NCBI GenBank assembly: GCA_002633005.1
Contig: NMRA01000146.1
Coordinates: 493,981 to 557,980 of the forward strand
Source of the DNA: Phoronis australis
Taxonomy: Eukaryota; Animalia; Phoronida
Length of the DNA: 64,000 bases
Reading direction: 5' to 3'
The translations under genes and the position numbers were made by a program. Under the pieces are notes generated by a model. That model saw nothing but the letters and a program-made list of their open reading frames with translations. It was not told the DNA's origin and did no database searches. Positions 24,793-38,095 of the stretch are shown here, piece after piece (position 1 is the first letter of the stretch; the number at the start of each line of letters is the position of its first letter).

Positions 24793-27700
24793 CATGGCAG
24801 ACAGTAGTTCCATGGTTGGCCGTGTGAGGGCACCGCAGCCACTTGATCGGTTGTTTGGCAATATATTGTTTTCGTCGTCCTTATGATTTGTATGCTAATG
24901 CTTCGGGGCTAAACAGAGAACAAGATGAACGAGTATTGGATTTTACTCCAGTGCACACGATGGGTGAAGAAGCTATTTAGACATTTAACAATTCCAAGGA
25001 ATTCACAGTTAGCAAGATGTGGTCTTCATTTGAGATATATTGCATTCACAAAAAGAACATCACATACGAAGGACACAACTTTTTACCCACTGACAGCCAG
25101 GAGGGTGAAACCATCTATTCGTTTTTAAACAACTTGAGGCTAAGGGCAAAAGAGTATGAGTTTGGGTATTTAAAAAAATCTCTCAATAGAGACAGAGTGG
25201 TCAGTACAGCGATGCCGCCACTCAGGGAAAGACTTTTGCGGAAAGCCGACCTATCGCTGGATGATTGTATAGACGTGTGCAGGCCTGCGGAGACGGCTAA
25301 GGCAAGATCTCAAGAAGCAGATATGGGAACTGCTATCTCTGTGAATGCAACAAAGGTGTATCACTAGCCTGTTGATAATACACCATAGCCGCGATATGCC
25401 AAGCCTTCACCCCCTGTTACCAAGTCAGCGTTGTCCGCTGCGATACACTTTTCTGGTGAACAATATTTGTTGACTGAGACACGGAAAAGGGTTTTGCCCT
25501 GCATTTGGCATGACCTAGATTGTATCCTGCTATAAAGCAGATAAAAAAGTACATGGGTCGTACTATTCCATGCACTGGCAAGTGCTTATTGGATGCCAGA
25601 TTAGATACTGGCTTGGTTAAATGCCTATTCATTGTGGTGAAAGTTAATCGACAGCCCATTTTTGGATTGACACCATGCGAGAAATTTGGTTTTGTCAGGC
25701 GAACCGCGACCCCTACAGAAGATACAGTGACGTCTGTCAAGAATTATGACGACTTGAAAAATACGTACAGCGACGTGTTTGAAGGTCTTGAATTAATTCC
25801 AGATGAGCTTAGTATAATTATTGATGAACCAGTGAAGCCCGTTCTTCATGCTTATCGCAAAGTACCATTTATGCTGTAAGACAAGTGGACGTAGCAGCTT
25901 TTACGAATGGAAGGTATGTGAGTTGTTGAAAAGGTTTACAAACCTACGGGATGGGCGAGTTCTTTAGTAATTGTAGAAAAGAAGGATGGTAGTCCGCGTG
26001 TACATGAATGTTTAGATCCTAGAGATATAAACAAAGTAATTAAACGGGAGCATTTGTCGTTGCCGTCGAGAGATCAAATTTTGTCACAGTTTGGTGATGC
26101 TGCCGTATTGAACAAACTAGATGCTAGTCAAGGATCTAGCAATTAAAGCTTGATTAGAAACGTGAAGATCTGCGTTTTAACATTCCATTTGGGCGTTTCA
26201 AGTTTTTAAGATTACCGTTTGGCATAAGCTGTGTGTCAGAATAAATATTGATTTTTAATTAGTAAGAATAGATCCATTTCAAGTTGCCTAAAATGTGTGC
26301 ATATGTACTTTTAAATCAAGGGGTCAGACTTGTTTGACATGTACTTTAACGTCAAAATCTACTTTTAAATGGTGTTTACAACTTTGGGTTCTGGGGTCAA
26401 AGTACTCTAGAGATTCTAGAAAAGTCTAAGAACAAACTGCAACAGCCAATGGTATGATTGGATATGATCTTGTGGTTTTTAATAACCAATCCCTAAATAA
26501 GTAAAATAGCATAATATGAGCTTAAGTCAACAAGATATTTAGATGCGCTATAATAGTTGAAGCATAAATGCTTGCTACAGTGTACAGAGGAAATTGTACG
26601 ACAGAGACATTTCGTGGAAGAGTCTAGAGAGGATCTAGGCAAGGTCAAGGGTTAACGAACAGGAAGTTAAGTAAGAGTTTGTCACTTGCATCGTGGGTAG
26701 TAAGATACTACCTGAAGTGTTGCGTCATCAGTCAGAGACTGTGACCAGCAAGAAGAATCGCGGGTAGAAGAAATTGCCTGCAAGTAGTGCGTCACCAGAG
26801 ACGGTGAACAGCAAGTACACTGTCGCTATACAGTGTGTGTAGTTCGAAGATTCACCAACAGGACAGTCATCCAAGAAGTGGAGAGTTCTAGCTTTGATAG
26901 CAGATAAGGCATTTGATTATTTTGGTTGGTTGATTAAAGTAATCTTTAAAGAGGGGGCTAGCGTAGTTACTCTTCTTTGTAGTTGATTACTTAATTAACA
27001 ATAGGTTTCACTTGTCTAATTAGGGGTTATCATATAATAAATTAATTACTGGATTTGACTATTCGCTCTCCATCTACGCACAATCTCAAAGCATAGCTAC
27101 CTTTTACACAAATCCCGGGCCACCGTCAATTGTCTGACACTGTGCAAATGAATTGTATCCCAAGAACATTGAGCACATAGATGGAGTTCATACGTTAATG
27201 GGTGATATCGCTATTTGTGGAACAACGCCACAGGAGCATGACGAGAGATTGAAGGTTTTTGATATCGCACGTGAGAACAACCTTAAGCTTAATTAAGGAG
27301 AAATGTGTTCTTGACGTGAAGGAGCTTACCTTTCTTAGTGAGGTTCTGTCTGTTGATGGTTGTAAACCAGATCCGATGAAGACAACAGCTATTAGAAACC
27401 TGCCACGTGCAGAGAATCAGAAGGACATCCAGCGTTTTCTTGGCATGGTAAACTATTTAGGTTAATTCATTTCCGGATCTGTCCGCGATTTCTGCTCGAC
27501 TCAGAGAGCTAGTAGAACAAAAGAACGAGTTTACGTGGGACAAGACACTGAAGTATGCTTTCCTGCGTCTCAAAGAGTTATTGTCAGGGGAAAAACTTCC
27601 TATAATTTTATGACCCCGCAAAGCAAATCAAAATTTCTGCTGATGATTCACCAATTCGGACTTGGTGCGGTGTTATTCCAACAGCACCATTATGTCTGGA

Positions 27701-28560
27701 AACCGATCGCGTATGCATCACGGGCATTGAGTGATGCAGAAAAATGGTAAGCGCAAATAGAAAAGGAACTAGTTACTACGGTATTTGCGTGCGCAAATGA
27801 TTGATCGATTGTTTGATGCGAATACAGCATTTTTTATTACGGCTGCGGAATTATGACTTTGAGGTCGTGTAGGTCTATACCCCAGGTATATTGATGTATG
27901 CTGCTGATACATTATCTATGGCTGTTGAGCCATCTGTTATACCCAATAATAAGTCTCCTGTGGAACAATATGTTGATTTCGATATGGAAACAGTGGCGTT
28001 CTATCAAGACAAATTGCAGACAATCAGAAAAGAAATACATAGTGACGATGCCTTGAAGAGCCTTAAATCCAATGTACTGAGTGGATGGGCTGATATTCAG
28101 TCAAAGTCCCCAGACAACGTACGTGCCTTCTGGAACATTCGCAGTGAAATATCTGTTATTGACGTGATTTTGTTAAAAGGAAGTCCTGTTATAGTTCCTC
28201 GCTTCATGCGAAAATTGATGTTGAGCAATATCCATGAAGATCACGTGGGAGAAGAAAAGTGCAAAACACGATCGAGCCAGGGAAGTATTTTTCTGCCCTA
28301 ATATGAACAGTGATATCAAAGAAATGGTATCTAGTTGCAGTGTGTTCTTGCACTTTAGAGATGCTCAACCCGAGGACTCTCTGAATCCAAATGCGATAGA
28401 GACTACACCTTTTAGCAAGGTAGGCGTTGACATTTGTTAACACGCTGGTAAATCGTATTTAGTGACGCTTGATTTCTAGTCATTATACCCTGAAGTTGCA
28501 TCTCTGACTCAAGCTTCTAGCCGTGCTGTGAATGGTGCGTTAAAGTCGTGTGCTCGGGTG
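24793..28560 (+). pseudogene. Gypsy gag-pol pseudogene
   Basis: Gag: SQEGETIYSFLNNLR..EFG..RDRVV..LRERLLR. Protease-region and linker peptides ending KPVLHAYRKVPF. RT: W.SSLVIVEKKDGS, CLDPRDINK, KLDASQG, RLPFGISCANEL, LMGDI. RNaseH: GLGAVLFQ..WKPIAYASRAL, AQIEKEL. Integrase Zn-binding region and KVGVDI, with the core truncated. Many stops. Confidence 0.9.
26234..27139. mobile_element. Solo LTR (906 bp) of a different LTR family inserted in the Gypsy RT
   Basis: Termini TGTCAGA...TCTGACA and a perfect 5-bp TSD CTGTG (26229-26233, 27140-27144). Removing it restores RLPFGISC|ANELY. Confidence 0.9.
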
Positions 28561-28930
28561 AAGGATTATGTCAGTCATAAGTTGCCTTAAAGCGGTATAA
28601 TTCGTGATGAAGATGGCAATAGGACGTTAAGCATACAGCTTGCTGAGGGTAGTTATATACGGTGTAATAGACAACACTTGTTAAGAATGAGGTAAATCAG
28701 GACATTTGATACTGTAGACCTGAGTTGTGTACTGACAATGATGTGCCAGACAGTGGTTCTGCGAATACATTTTCACCCGTAGAAAAACACTTTGAGCCAC
28801 GTCTCTCTGGACGAATCAGACGTAGGCCAAGTAAGCCTTTTGAGGATATTTGTAGTCGAATTGGCAACCATACTGATAATTGATAATATTCAAGTTCATT
28901 GTATTTTCTTTATTTTTGACGGAAGGAAGA

Positions 28931-29086
28931 TGTGATGATATTCCTTGGGCTGAAGAGTGGCGCCACCTTTTATTTTCTCTCATACGTGTAACTTAGTGAT
29001 GCAATATAAGTCACGTTTTTGGAACCTCGCCGTCTTTATTCATTTTTTCTCACTTCTATTGACGGGAAGTATTGCAAACTGTTACA
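28931..29086 (+). repeat. 3' LTR of the Gypsy element
   Basis: TGTGATGATATTCCTT...GTTACA, immediately after the polypurine tract. Confidence 0.85.
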
Positions 29087-30229
29087 CTTGTGGAAGTAAA
29101 TTCCGCGCAGGGATTTTGAGATTGTGGGATAAAAGATACGGTGATCCAAAGATGACATCGGGCGTTTCTTATCGAGATCCCGAGATAATTTTCCTTATTG
29201 CGTCGATGTGTGGTGTATGTATATACAACTTGATAACGACGTCAAAGGAAGTGCCGACCCAAAAGAAAACATTTTCACCCGGATTGCTAACGTTACAAGT
29301 TATTTGCGAAGTGAACGTCGTGTTCAGTCGTGGAATTCAAGTGACAACATTTTGTTCCGTTGTTGATAACGTGGAGGGTGGCTAAACGAGCTACTCATTT
29401 CAGTCTACAATGAAGATTGCTGGAAGAAGTGGGTGGTTTAGTAGGAAATTTGCTTAAGTCGTGTTTGTGTTTAACTTGAAACTACGTCACAACCGCTGCT
29501 ACATACGATTTCTGGTCGTGCGATCTTTGGAGTTTCAGAAATCACTCATTATTTTAGGAGAACGTAGTTGTGACGTACGAAATACGTGAATGTTTCTACA
29601 GAACTACTTAATATGTAGGTTGCACATGTAACGCAAAGCATTATACAAATTCCGCCACATCGACTTCAGAGGAGAAGAATTAAATACGCAAAGATAGATG
29701 TTTGTACTCCACGGTCTACTGCAATCATCAGCTGAGCGCCGTGCTTCCTCGAGATTCCGGTCCATTAAACTCAGGATCTCTCCACACGGTGGGCTCTCAA
29801 CAGCTGGTCGATGTAGTTGCCTTGCATTTGGCTATCAAGTCTCAACACCATTCTAATAATTATCGGACATGTACTTCCGCATAATCCAATAATTTAATAT
29901 TTTGAGAAACCCGACACCAGCAAAACGTTCAAAATACACGTGTTCAGGAACGACGCCTTGGAATAATGATTGGGGTAATCCAAATGAACAAGCTCACTCA
30001 AATCTGACGTTGCGCTCGCGAATTTACAACCACCAGCCTCCCGTTCAGTAACGCTAGGACATCGCTAAAAAGCAAGGCTTCGTGAGATTACGTGAGATAT
30101 TGCCCTGTATTTCAAATGAGATCACCTGACTTTGGCTAGATTTTAACTAGGTCCTATCGTAGGTCCCAGCGTTAATGAACACACGCCAGAACACTGCTTA
30201 TTATCTGCGAAATACGGCTTCAACTGTTG

Positions 30230-30330
30230 TATACAGCTTTTGCCTTGTATACCGCTTTTGCCTTATATAGGGCTTTTGCCTTGTATACGGCTTTTGTCTT
30301 GTATACGGCTTTTGCCTTGTATACGGCTTC
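30230..30330. repeat. 18-bp minisatellite, ~5.5 copies
   Basis: Consensus TATACGGCTTTTGCCTTG in tandem with no spacers. Confidence 0.9.
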
Positions 30331-33216
30331 TACCATTCTGTACGTATTAGCTCTACTTCCCCGTATTTCTCACTTGATAATGTGAAGTATACAATGCCCA
30401 TATTTTGATATTTATGGGATAATTATTCTATTAGATGAGAGTAATAAAGCAAAGAGAAGACTGAAATCTCATCAGCTACGTCCATAGTGTTCGGCATGAT
30501 GACGTCTTTTTCGTCGGTAACAAGTCAAACATTTGTTTAGGTCCTTCGTCACAATCAGCTCCGTGTACATCGAGATACGACCTCAAGTTCGTCATCTCCT
30601 CAACACCAACGAAGTTCTCACTACCGATCTGTTCTTTTATGTGATACATTATGTCCGGGTGTGTGTGTGGTGAACGTTTCGAGATGTTAATTCGAAAATA
30701 ATATATGTGTTCCAAAGGAAACGAACGTTGTCTAATTCACACCTCACCAAACCCATATAACAGTATCTAATGCAATGGATGTCAGTAGAACTGGACGTAT
30801 CAATTATGCCTTGGTTTTCAAGATCTTTAAAGTGGTCTGTCCATCTGTAAGTGGGGACGCATTCTGCTAAAATTTGGAATAGTTTGGCTTTACACGCTAT
30901 TTGTTGTTGGGTTTTGTGTTGGTGATGCGGTTTCTACCGCGTTTGTTTTCCGACGTGATTTGGCGACAAAAATGCCAAAAGAATGTCAAAATCACAAATT
31001 CAAGGACCTAATTCCGTGATGCCATGGCAGACGGTCTTCGCACATCCGGGGTTTGACGGACGCTCCCGGGCTAAATCCGGAAGTCTAATTTCGCGCGGCT
31101 TTTGCCGTCAATCCATCGACTACTTGATCATGAGAAGCAGAGAGCACTTTATTGCCAAATAAATGTAGGTACTAACATATTTGTGTCAAATATAAATAAT
31201 ACTGATACTGTATTGATATGCGAAGTTTTTTTGTGTACTGTGATTTCTTATGAAGGTTTTACTTTTGGCCAAAAGCATTGAGTTAACTCGTCGGCCACGC
31301 GCATTGTAATACTTGCACGGACTGCATTTCCTGGCCGAGTGTGTGTTGTGCTTCAATGAAAAAAGTGCGTGATGTCATGATGAGAAACAAGATACCCCAG
31401 TTTATGCAATAAAATTCTAAGTTAAAGGCTAAGATGAGCCGTCAGTGGAATAAAGTTACAAATAATCATTAAAATACTAACTTTAACATTCTCAATTAGT
31501 TGAGTTTTGGATTAGAGTTATTGAATTTGAAATATAGATTGCTTGCTCAAACTCGAAGTTTCACCTACGTCAGGCGTACAAGTTGAAGCACAACAGACAT
31601 CCGCCATGTTTACTATTTCAGGTCCTTGAATTCAGAGTTTTGAGATTGTTTTGGAAATTCCATCGCCAATTCACCACTCACGAAGACAGTTAATGGGATC
31701 TAGAAAAGATAAGGCTTCGAAGGTTTATGCAACACCAGACTGAGGGAGGTGCACGCAGATTTTATTTGGATTTTGGACGGTTGAAGTTGGAAGCCTCGGC
31801 TTGGCAAAGTTTAAGTGTCCAACCTTTATGTTTTCTTATATAAATTATTGAGTGACGTCATTTGCGATAAACCCAATCGCCTGTGATCCGAATCAGGCGG
31901 CTAAGTCAGGTCTCAAAATCCGTGAATGACACAATAATCGTTAAATCGTGACCTCCACAATACAAAGTCTTCCCGCCTATTGCTGTCCAGCACGGGTAAC
32001 TTCACCGACGGCATCCTTATTATTTACCAACAACGCAATATGCTACGAGAGGGTCCTGGAGACAATTGATACCATTCTCGATTGCGCTCGAGGCACGCAC
32101 GAGTCTTCTGAATTGTTCCGAGAGGGGTTGAGATAATTGACTCTAATCGAGTTGTCTCGGAGGCGGCGCGCGAGTCCAAATTTTGCGAAATTTCACAAGT
32201 ATGTTTTCAGCAAAGACACTTACTTTTGCACAAATGGGTCACTTTGTCCGTTTCTTTGACATATCCCACTCCTGACACCAAGTTTCGGATAGCTGTCAAG
32301 CGTAATTCACTGAGATATTCCCATTAATGACAACAACGCATGTTTCTGTCTTTCAGTAACTTTATTGTAACTCTCAGAACAACCCACAGATGTCACTGTC
32401 TAACAGTAGTAACTCGACCGATAACGTCTCTGTATTCAAATGACCTAGACGTGAAAGTTGCTCGGATAAGACATCGGTTTGTGCGCCTTATCAGTGTGGA
32501 ATGTCATTGAGGAACATGCGATTAAGTTGGGAGCCACCACTTGCTCGGTACATTTCAAAGATCCGTGTTTCAACGGAACACAAAAGCGGCGGTACGTTGA
32601 ATAACTCGTCAAATTGTAAGTGCATTAGCAAATTTTATACATAACGAACAAACTGCTTTCATTCTAGGGTGAGTGATGACAGGTCCTCATCTCCAGATCA
32701 AGTGCTACGACACATAGGCTTATGCATTGTGTTTAGTCCGTGCTCATTCCGTCATAGCAGTAGTGAATACGAGTGACCCAAGTTTACTTTGGCATTTGTT
32801 AGACATATTATTTAGTATCCGTTTTGCATAATAGTTGTCCACTTCTCGCTCAAAATCGTCCTCATCTTCTGATCTGCTTTGTTAAGCGATTGCAATTGAT
32901 TATCAAGGGAGCAAACGTCTTCCATCGTGGGTGGGAAACTTCGAAATAACTAATTTTTCTTTAACTTTTTAAGATTCGCGACTATTTGGCATGAAGAAGT
33001 GCTTATTGATTTAGATTTTATGGTATTCATTTCGTATTAGCTAACTGAAACGTCGAAAACTAAAAAATGCGGCATGTAAAAGGGTTGGAAGTCCGCACAG
33101 TGAAAATTTAGAATCAAGTGCCATACACATTACACTCGAATCGGACATGAAATTTAAATCGCACGCACCAACTTTGAGATCGCGTGAACGCTTTTATCTC
33201 CAGAATTATTAGGTGA

Positions 33217-33380
33217 ATATATACACAAAACGTACCGAGAGCATGGTATATGAAGTAATATCCCACGAGACAATAATCCGCGTTGAGACCGAGAGCGAAG
33301 TTCGAGGTCGATACTCGGAATAAGGTCGAGTGGGATATTACTTCTTGTACGCGAATCGAGGTACGCTTTGTATTTATCCC
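33217..33380. repeat. Long imperfect palindrome, Crypton-like repeat hairpin
   Basis: Perfect 15-bp arms GAAGTAATATCCCAC (33252) / GTGGGATATTACTTC (33330), outer arms ACAAAACGTACC / GGTACGCTTTGT, central CCGAG-GCGAAG-CGAGG. The family assignment is from recall only. Confidence 0.55.
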
Positions 33381-35624
33381 ATGTGCTTCGGATCCCTAAG
33401 TTTCCTGCATTTTGTCGGCATATTTTTCAAATACTTCTTCCAGACGGTCCACATGGTGGATCTCATCCTATATGCATGTACTTGCGCGATACGTTTCAAG
33501 TTTTCTCTTGTAAAAGGAACGATTTAATTCTTGAAAAGAAGTAGCAAAGATGAAAACAACGGCAACCGAGCAGTGAACTTGTAACATCTCCTGGAAATAG
33601 TTAAAAAAAGCAATATTTCATATTTTAATTTCCTAGGAATCGGAGCCTGAGTTGCTGACGATAGACTATTCAGCAATTGAAAACTGAGACATAAGTGTCT
33701 GATAATTAACAGTTTTGTTCCAGATTTTACGTTTACTGCATGGTTGCATGTCGAGTGGTAATTACACTGTTGCAACTGTGTTACTTTCAACTATATTCGG
33801 AAAGTTTGATGACCGAGCCGGCTCAGAAGATGTCGAGTCGACATTGACCTACTATTTGAACTTTCCATGCCGGAGGTCGCTGTTAAAGTAGTGCGGAGGT
33901 GAATACGGAAAACTTTGTTTCATGGCTGTATTTCCATCGACAGATTCAACGCGCGTGGGCTAAAACTGCATGAAAATCAAACCTTTAGGAAGAATTTATT
34001 TACACGAAGTTTCGACTTTTTACTATTTGCTTGCCTTTCCGGCATTTGTGTTTTTAAACTACACGTGAAATCATGGACCAAAGCATTCACCGAGGTCCTT
34101 GGCTGGCATTAGGGTCACTCACACTTAAATGACTGCATTAGGTCAAAAACTGAGCACACAAGATGGCAAACGATTGATTCGTTGTTGTTAGAGTAGGTAT
34201 ATACAGCAAAATATGCCAGGCAAGACCGTTTGCGGTTTTCTTAACATGTCAGTGGTCTTTTATTCTGTTAGTAAAAATTCCTCTCATTGTTGTGGTGTAC
34301 ACGCACATCACCAAGTGGTGGAAAGCCTTCCAGTGGAACTTAAACTCTGCTTACAGAGCTCAACATTTACTTCTGTGTGTTAAGCTTCAAGAGACCTCGA
34401 GATTTCACACCACCCAGGTAGTCAATACAGAAAGCACCTTTGTCGGACATTTCGAAACCACAATTTAGGGCAAAAGTTGATCGACAAATCTATTTTCCGA
34501 CTAGTAACATCTTACAAAGATTAACACCTAAGTATATTTTTCAAACAGCTGGTTAATCAAGTTTAAGATTTTTATTTTTCTTTCAAAAATATCTCAAATT
34601 GGCGAATCAAGCATTTTAGGGGAAACTGGGAAAAGATAGGCAATAAACTAGAAATCATGCCCAATCGTGAACAGTGAACGAGATACACCTGGCTCAATAT
34701 TAGGCTTGACCTCTGGTGATCAAGGAATGACTAAGTGCAGCAGCTGCTTAGCGATCAGTAGTATCTCGCAAAGTAGGAAAGGGTTGGCCTTTAAAAATGG
34801 TGGGGCTTATTACCCCCACTTTCCCCATACACAAATTATCAGATTTGAGTAACAGGCATTAAGAGTGAAGTACGGCTCACAGCAGGCAAAAATGCCCAGA
34901 GGGGTGATAAACCCAATGTCACCGATTTTAACCATACTATGCATTTTAGTTACCTTTGGGATGATAAACAAAACAGTAAAGTCCAATCTCATTTTACCTT
35001 GTTTAAGGGGGAGAAATCACGGAGCCTCTATTTTGGGGGTATGCCATGTAATGAACTCGCCGAAAATGCCTTATTTGCACTGCACATTAAAAAGTATCGG
35101 GGCACAAGATCATTATTTGTTTGTAATTTTTAAATAAAGCAAGTCTTCGGCTTTACAAAGATGTTAAACAATACTCATTAACTCTGCCGCTAAGTTAAAA
35201 ATTTCAGGCATAATGTATAGAGGGGTCAGAGGTTAACATAGCATTGCAATTTCGCCACATTTTGAGCCCGTATATCTCAGCTGGCACAACACTGATCAAC
35301 ACCAAACTTTTACACAAGACGTTTCTATCTTATTGCTGTTGATTAATACAATAAAATTTTCTGGCGCTGAGCATTTTTCTATACAAATTGCAAGATTGCG
35401 ACAACCACCTGAGAGGAAATTACCTTCAATACCGATACCTGCTTGGAACATTACAACACCAGTAAAGTGCATAGTTTTGATTCAAAAGTTGATTTATTAA
35501 TATTTAGTTAAGTTTCATTAAGTCAGGCGCAATTGTTTAAGGTATTTTTCCTTTTTAACTAAAAATCCGCGTTTTTCGTGAACCCAGTATCCAACAACAG
35601 GTGTCACTTTACTAGTGGTGGCAA

Positions 35625-36046
35625 AATGGTTGATCCTGACTTGCTGTGTTATCTGCTAGTATCATGGAGTGTGATGAAGTGTATGGAACCTCAAAAGAAT
35701 GTACTCTGCACATGTGTGAAATCTTGATGCGGCATAAAGTGAGTACCAAACCACCGCACCTACAGACTGTGCGGCAACTGGTTTTGGCGAGAGTCGGATA
35801 ATTTACAAATGCGTGTTCACCGGACCCGTGTCACGCCTGTGTGACTGCGTCCAAGGCAAGGGCAAGACGCCGGGCTCATCTTGGAATTCTGTGGAAACCA
35901 TGTAGACTCTGCAAACACCCATTTCATTAGTGGTAGCTCGCGTGCCAAGCCTGAAGTGGGGATGCTGGTTGAAATGTCTAAAGTCAACTTACTTTCACAG
36001 GAACTCAACAATGTCAATGCATTTGTGTTCTTTCCTGTTGGATCTG
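35625..36046 (+). pseudogene. Decayed Cys/His-rich first exon of the Sola3 element
   Basis: VRQLVLARVG*...RAHLGILWKPCRLCKHPFH (frameshift) ...MSKV...FFPVGSG, ending at a G|GTGAGT donor. Confidence 0.6.
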
Positions 36047-37539
36047 GTGAGTACTACTACTGCTTTGTTTGAATTCGAGGTTATCACGATAGCCTTGTGG
36101 CGGTTATAGTCAGTTTTGTGGATACATGATTCGAGAACCAGTTAGCACCGCTAGAAACAACAGATGTTATTCTAATACAGTACCCTGCAATGCAAGTTAC
36201 TGGTCCTCCATTCAGGAAGATCACAAACTGTGTGACCATGCATGTACCACAAAAATGTAACAACAGTACTTATTTTTGAACATGTAGTATAGACAGAGCT
36301 TTGTATTGTACACACTGGTGAAATTTAGTAGACCTATGCTTGCATCACTGTAAACAACTGAAAACAGTCTTGTGTTCCTAAGGGCAAATCAGTGATATAC
36401 CTGCCCTGTCGCCGTTGTTGGAGTCTAGGCTATCCTAGAGTTATTCAATCCACTTACTAGTAGCGTCTTGTGTTAGTTGTAAGTTTAGTCTGAGATTATG
36501 TGCATCTAGTGGCCTGTACTTGTTGCAAGCGGAAAATGCAATTTATCTCCTTGACTTTCACTTTTCAACATCCGATATTGTTGTTATGCGTCTTCTTTTT
36601 AGTTCATTACAGGAAGTATTTTATCTATAGATATATTGATGAATTCTGTAGTTATAGCATTATAAATTCCAATTTTAACTGACAACCTGGATGCCGGAAT
36701 TTCTTTTCACTTCAGCTGTCAGTGAATTATGTAATTCTGGAAATCATAGCGTGTTGTTATGTTTTATGAGTACCAATATGTTGACATTTGTTGTCTGGAT
36801 ATGATATTCATTTGATGTCCAAAGGAATCCAATCAAACTGGCAAAAATAAATCAAGTACCCACAGTGTTTTTTCTTGTTGTACTAAGGGTCGTTTTACAT
36901 ATTACACTCCATGGGTCAAATGAATTATCTCAGCTAAAATCATTGGATCACTCAGCGGCAGACACATCTTTGTAGTGGCTGGGCTCTGCAAAGTTCTGCA
37001 AAAAGTGTATAATTCGAATGTGTTACAACCTGCTTGTCATTTTTCAGACAGTAGAGCAACAAAGCAGACCCCGCAAAAACTGCACAGGCGATGAAGACGG
37101 ATGAGCAGTTTCGGGCTGACACTACAACAGGATAAAGGTTTCTTTTCATGCTTGGCTGCCTTGAACCGCGCTGGAAAATGGTCAAATGAGGGAGATAATG
37201 AACTTGACAGTCAGTGATGTCCAGTAATACTCCGGATTTCATCTTTGTTTGAACATCATACAATTTGTTGTGTTGTCTGAGTGATTTAACCAGTTGTTAT
37301 TGATGTGATATTGTAGAAACTGAGATAAATACAAAATGCAATATAGCAACACTTGCTGTGATTTTGTCAGTAAAATTTAGGATGTTTAGTCAGTGTTCTG
37401 GTTGAAACTTTGCTGTCCAATTTATTTAAAGATGCTGGTATTTCAGTTTTCATCTTTCAAACTCATATTACACTCAATCTCACTTAACTTAAATGCGAAG
37501 CCTTATCTGAGTGTTAACTTATGTACAAGCTTAAGGAAA

Positions 37540-38095
37540 GGTAGTGACTTAGGCATACTTGAACCAATTCACTGGCATCTAGATCAAAGAACACATTTAC
37601 ATATCTCGTTTTTCCATGCTACTTTGTACCACTTAACTTGATGACCAGTGTTAAACCAGATTACAGTCACATTAAATATCATTTTGACTTTAATCTGTTC
37701 CAACATTGTTTTTGCAGAATGAGAGTTATTTGTACGGTATGTGATGATGAGTTAAGAGAGGTGTCGAGGTCACCTGTATATTGAAATGTTAACATCAGGA
37801 GTGTCATGTTTGAGCCAATTCACTGGCATTTAGACATCTCGTGTTTTCCATGGTAGTTTGTATAAATTAACTAGGCAATGAATGTTAAACCAGATTCTAG
37901 TCGCATCAAATGCCACTTTTTACTTTAAAGTGGTCCAACATTGTATATACAGACTGGGGAGTTACGTGTACCGTATGGGATGAGGAGGTACATGTAAGCG
38001 AGATCACCTGTATTTTGAACAACTAACATAGGAGTCTCCTATTTGAGCCAGTCCATTAGCACTTAGATCAAATACCACATTTAGATATCTCTGAT
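37540..38095. repeat. Diverged ~235-250 bp tandem repeat (2+ copies) inside the Sola3 element
   Basis: TTGA(A/G)CCA.T.CA.T.GCA..TAGA recurs at about 37559, 37810 and 38043. TGTTAAACCAGATT recurs at about 37649 and 37883. Confidence 0.7.

Larger units (their letters stand above)
24541..29086 (+). mobile_element. Degenerate Ty3/Gypsy LTR retrotransposon
   Basis: Two related ~155-bp TG...CA LTRs, near-perfect 5-bp TSD (CTTGA/CTTGT), PBS-like TGCTGTCAG after the 5' LTR and PPT GGAAGGAAGA (28921-28930). Domain order is gag-PR-RT-RNaseH-IN. Confidence 0.92.

Noticed and set aside
30230-30330. 18-bp repeats as CRISPR or iterons
   Set aside because: Head-to-tail copies with no spacers; an ordinary minisatellite.
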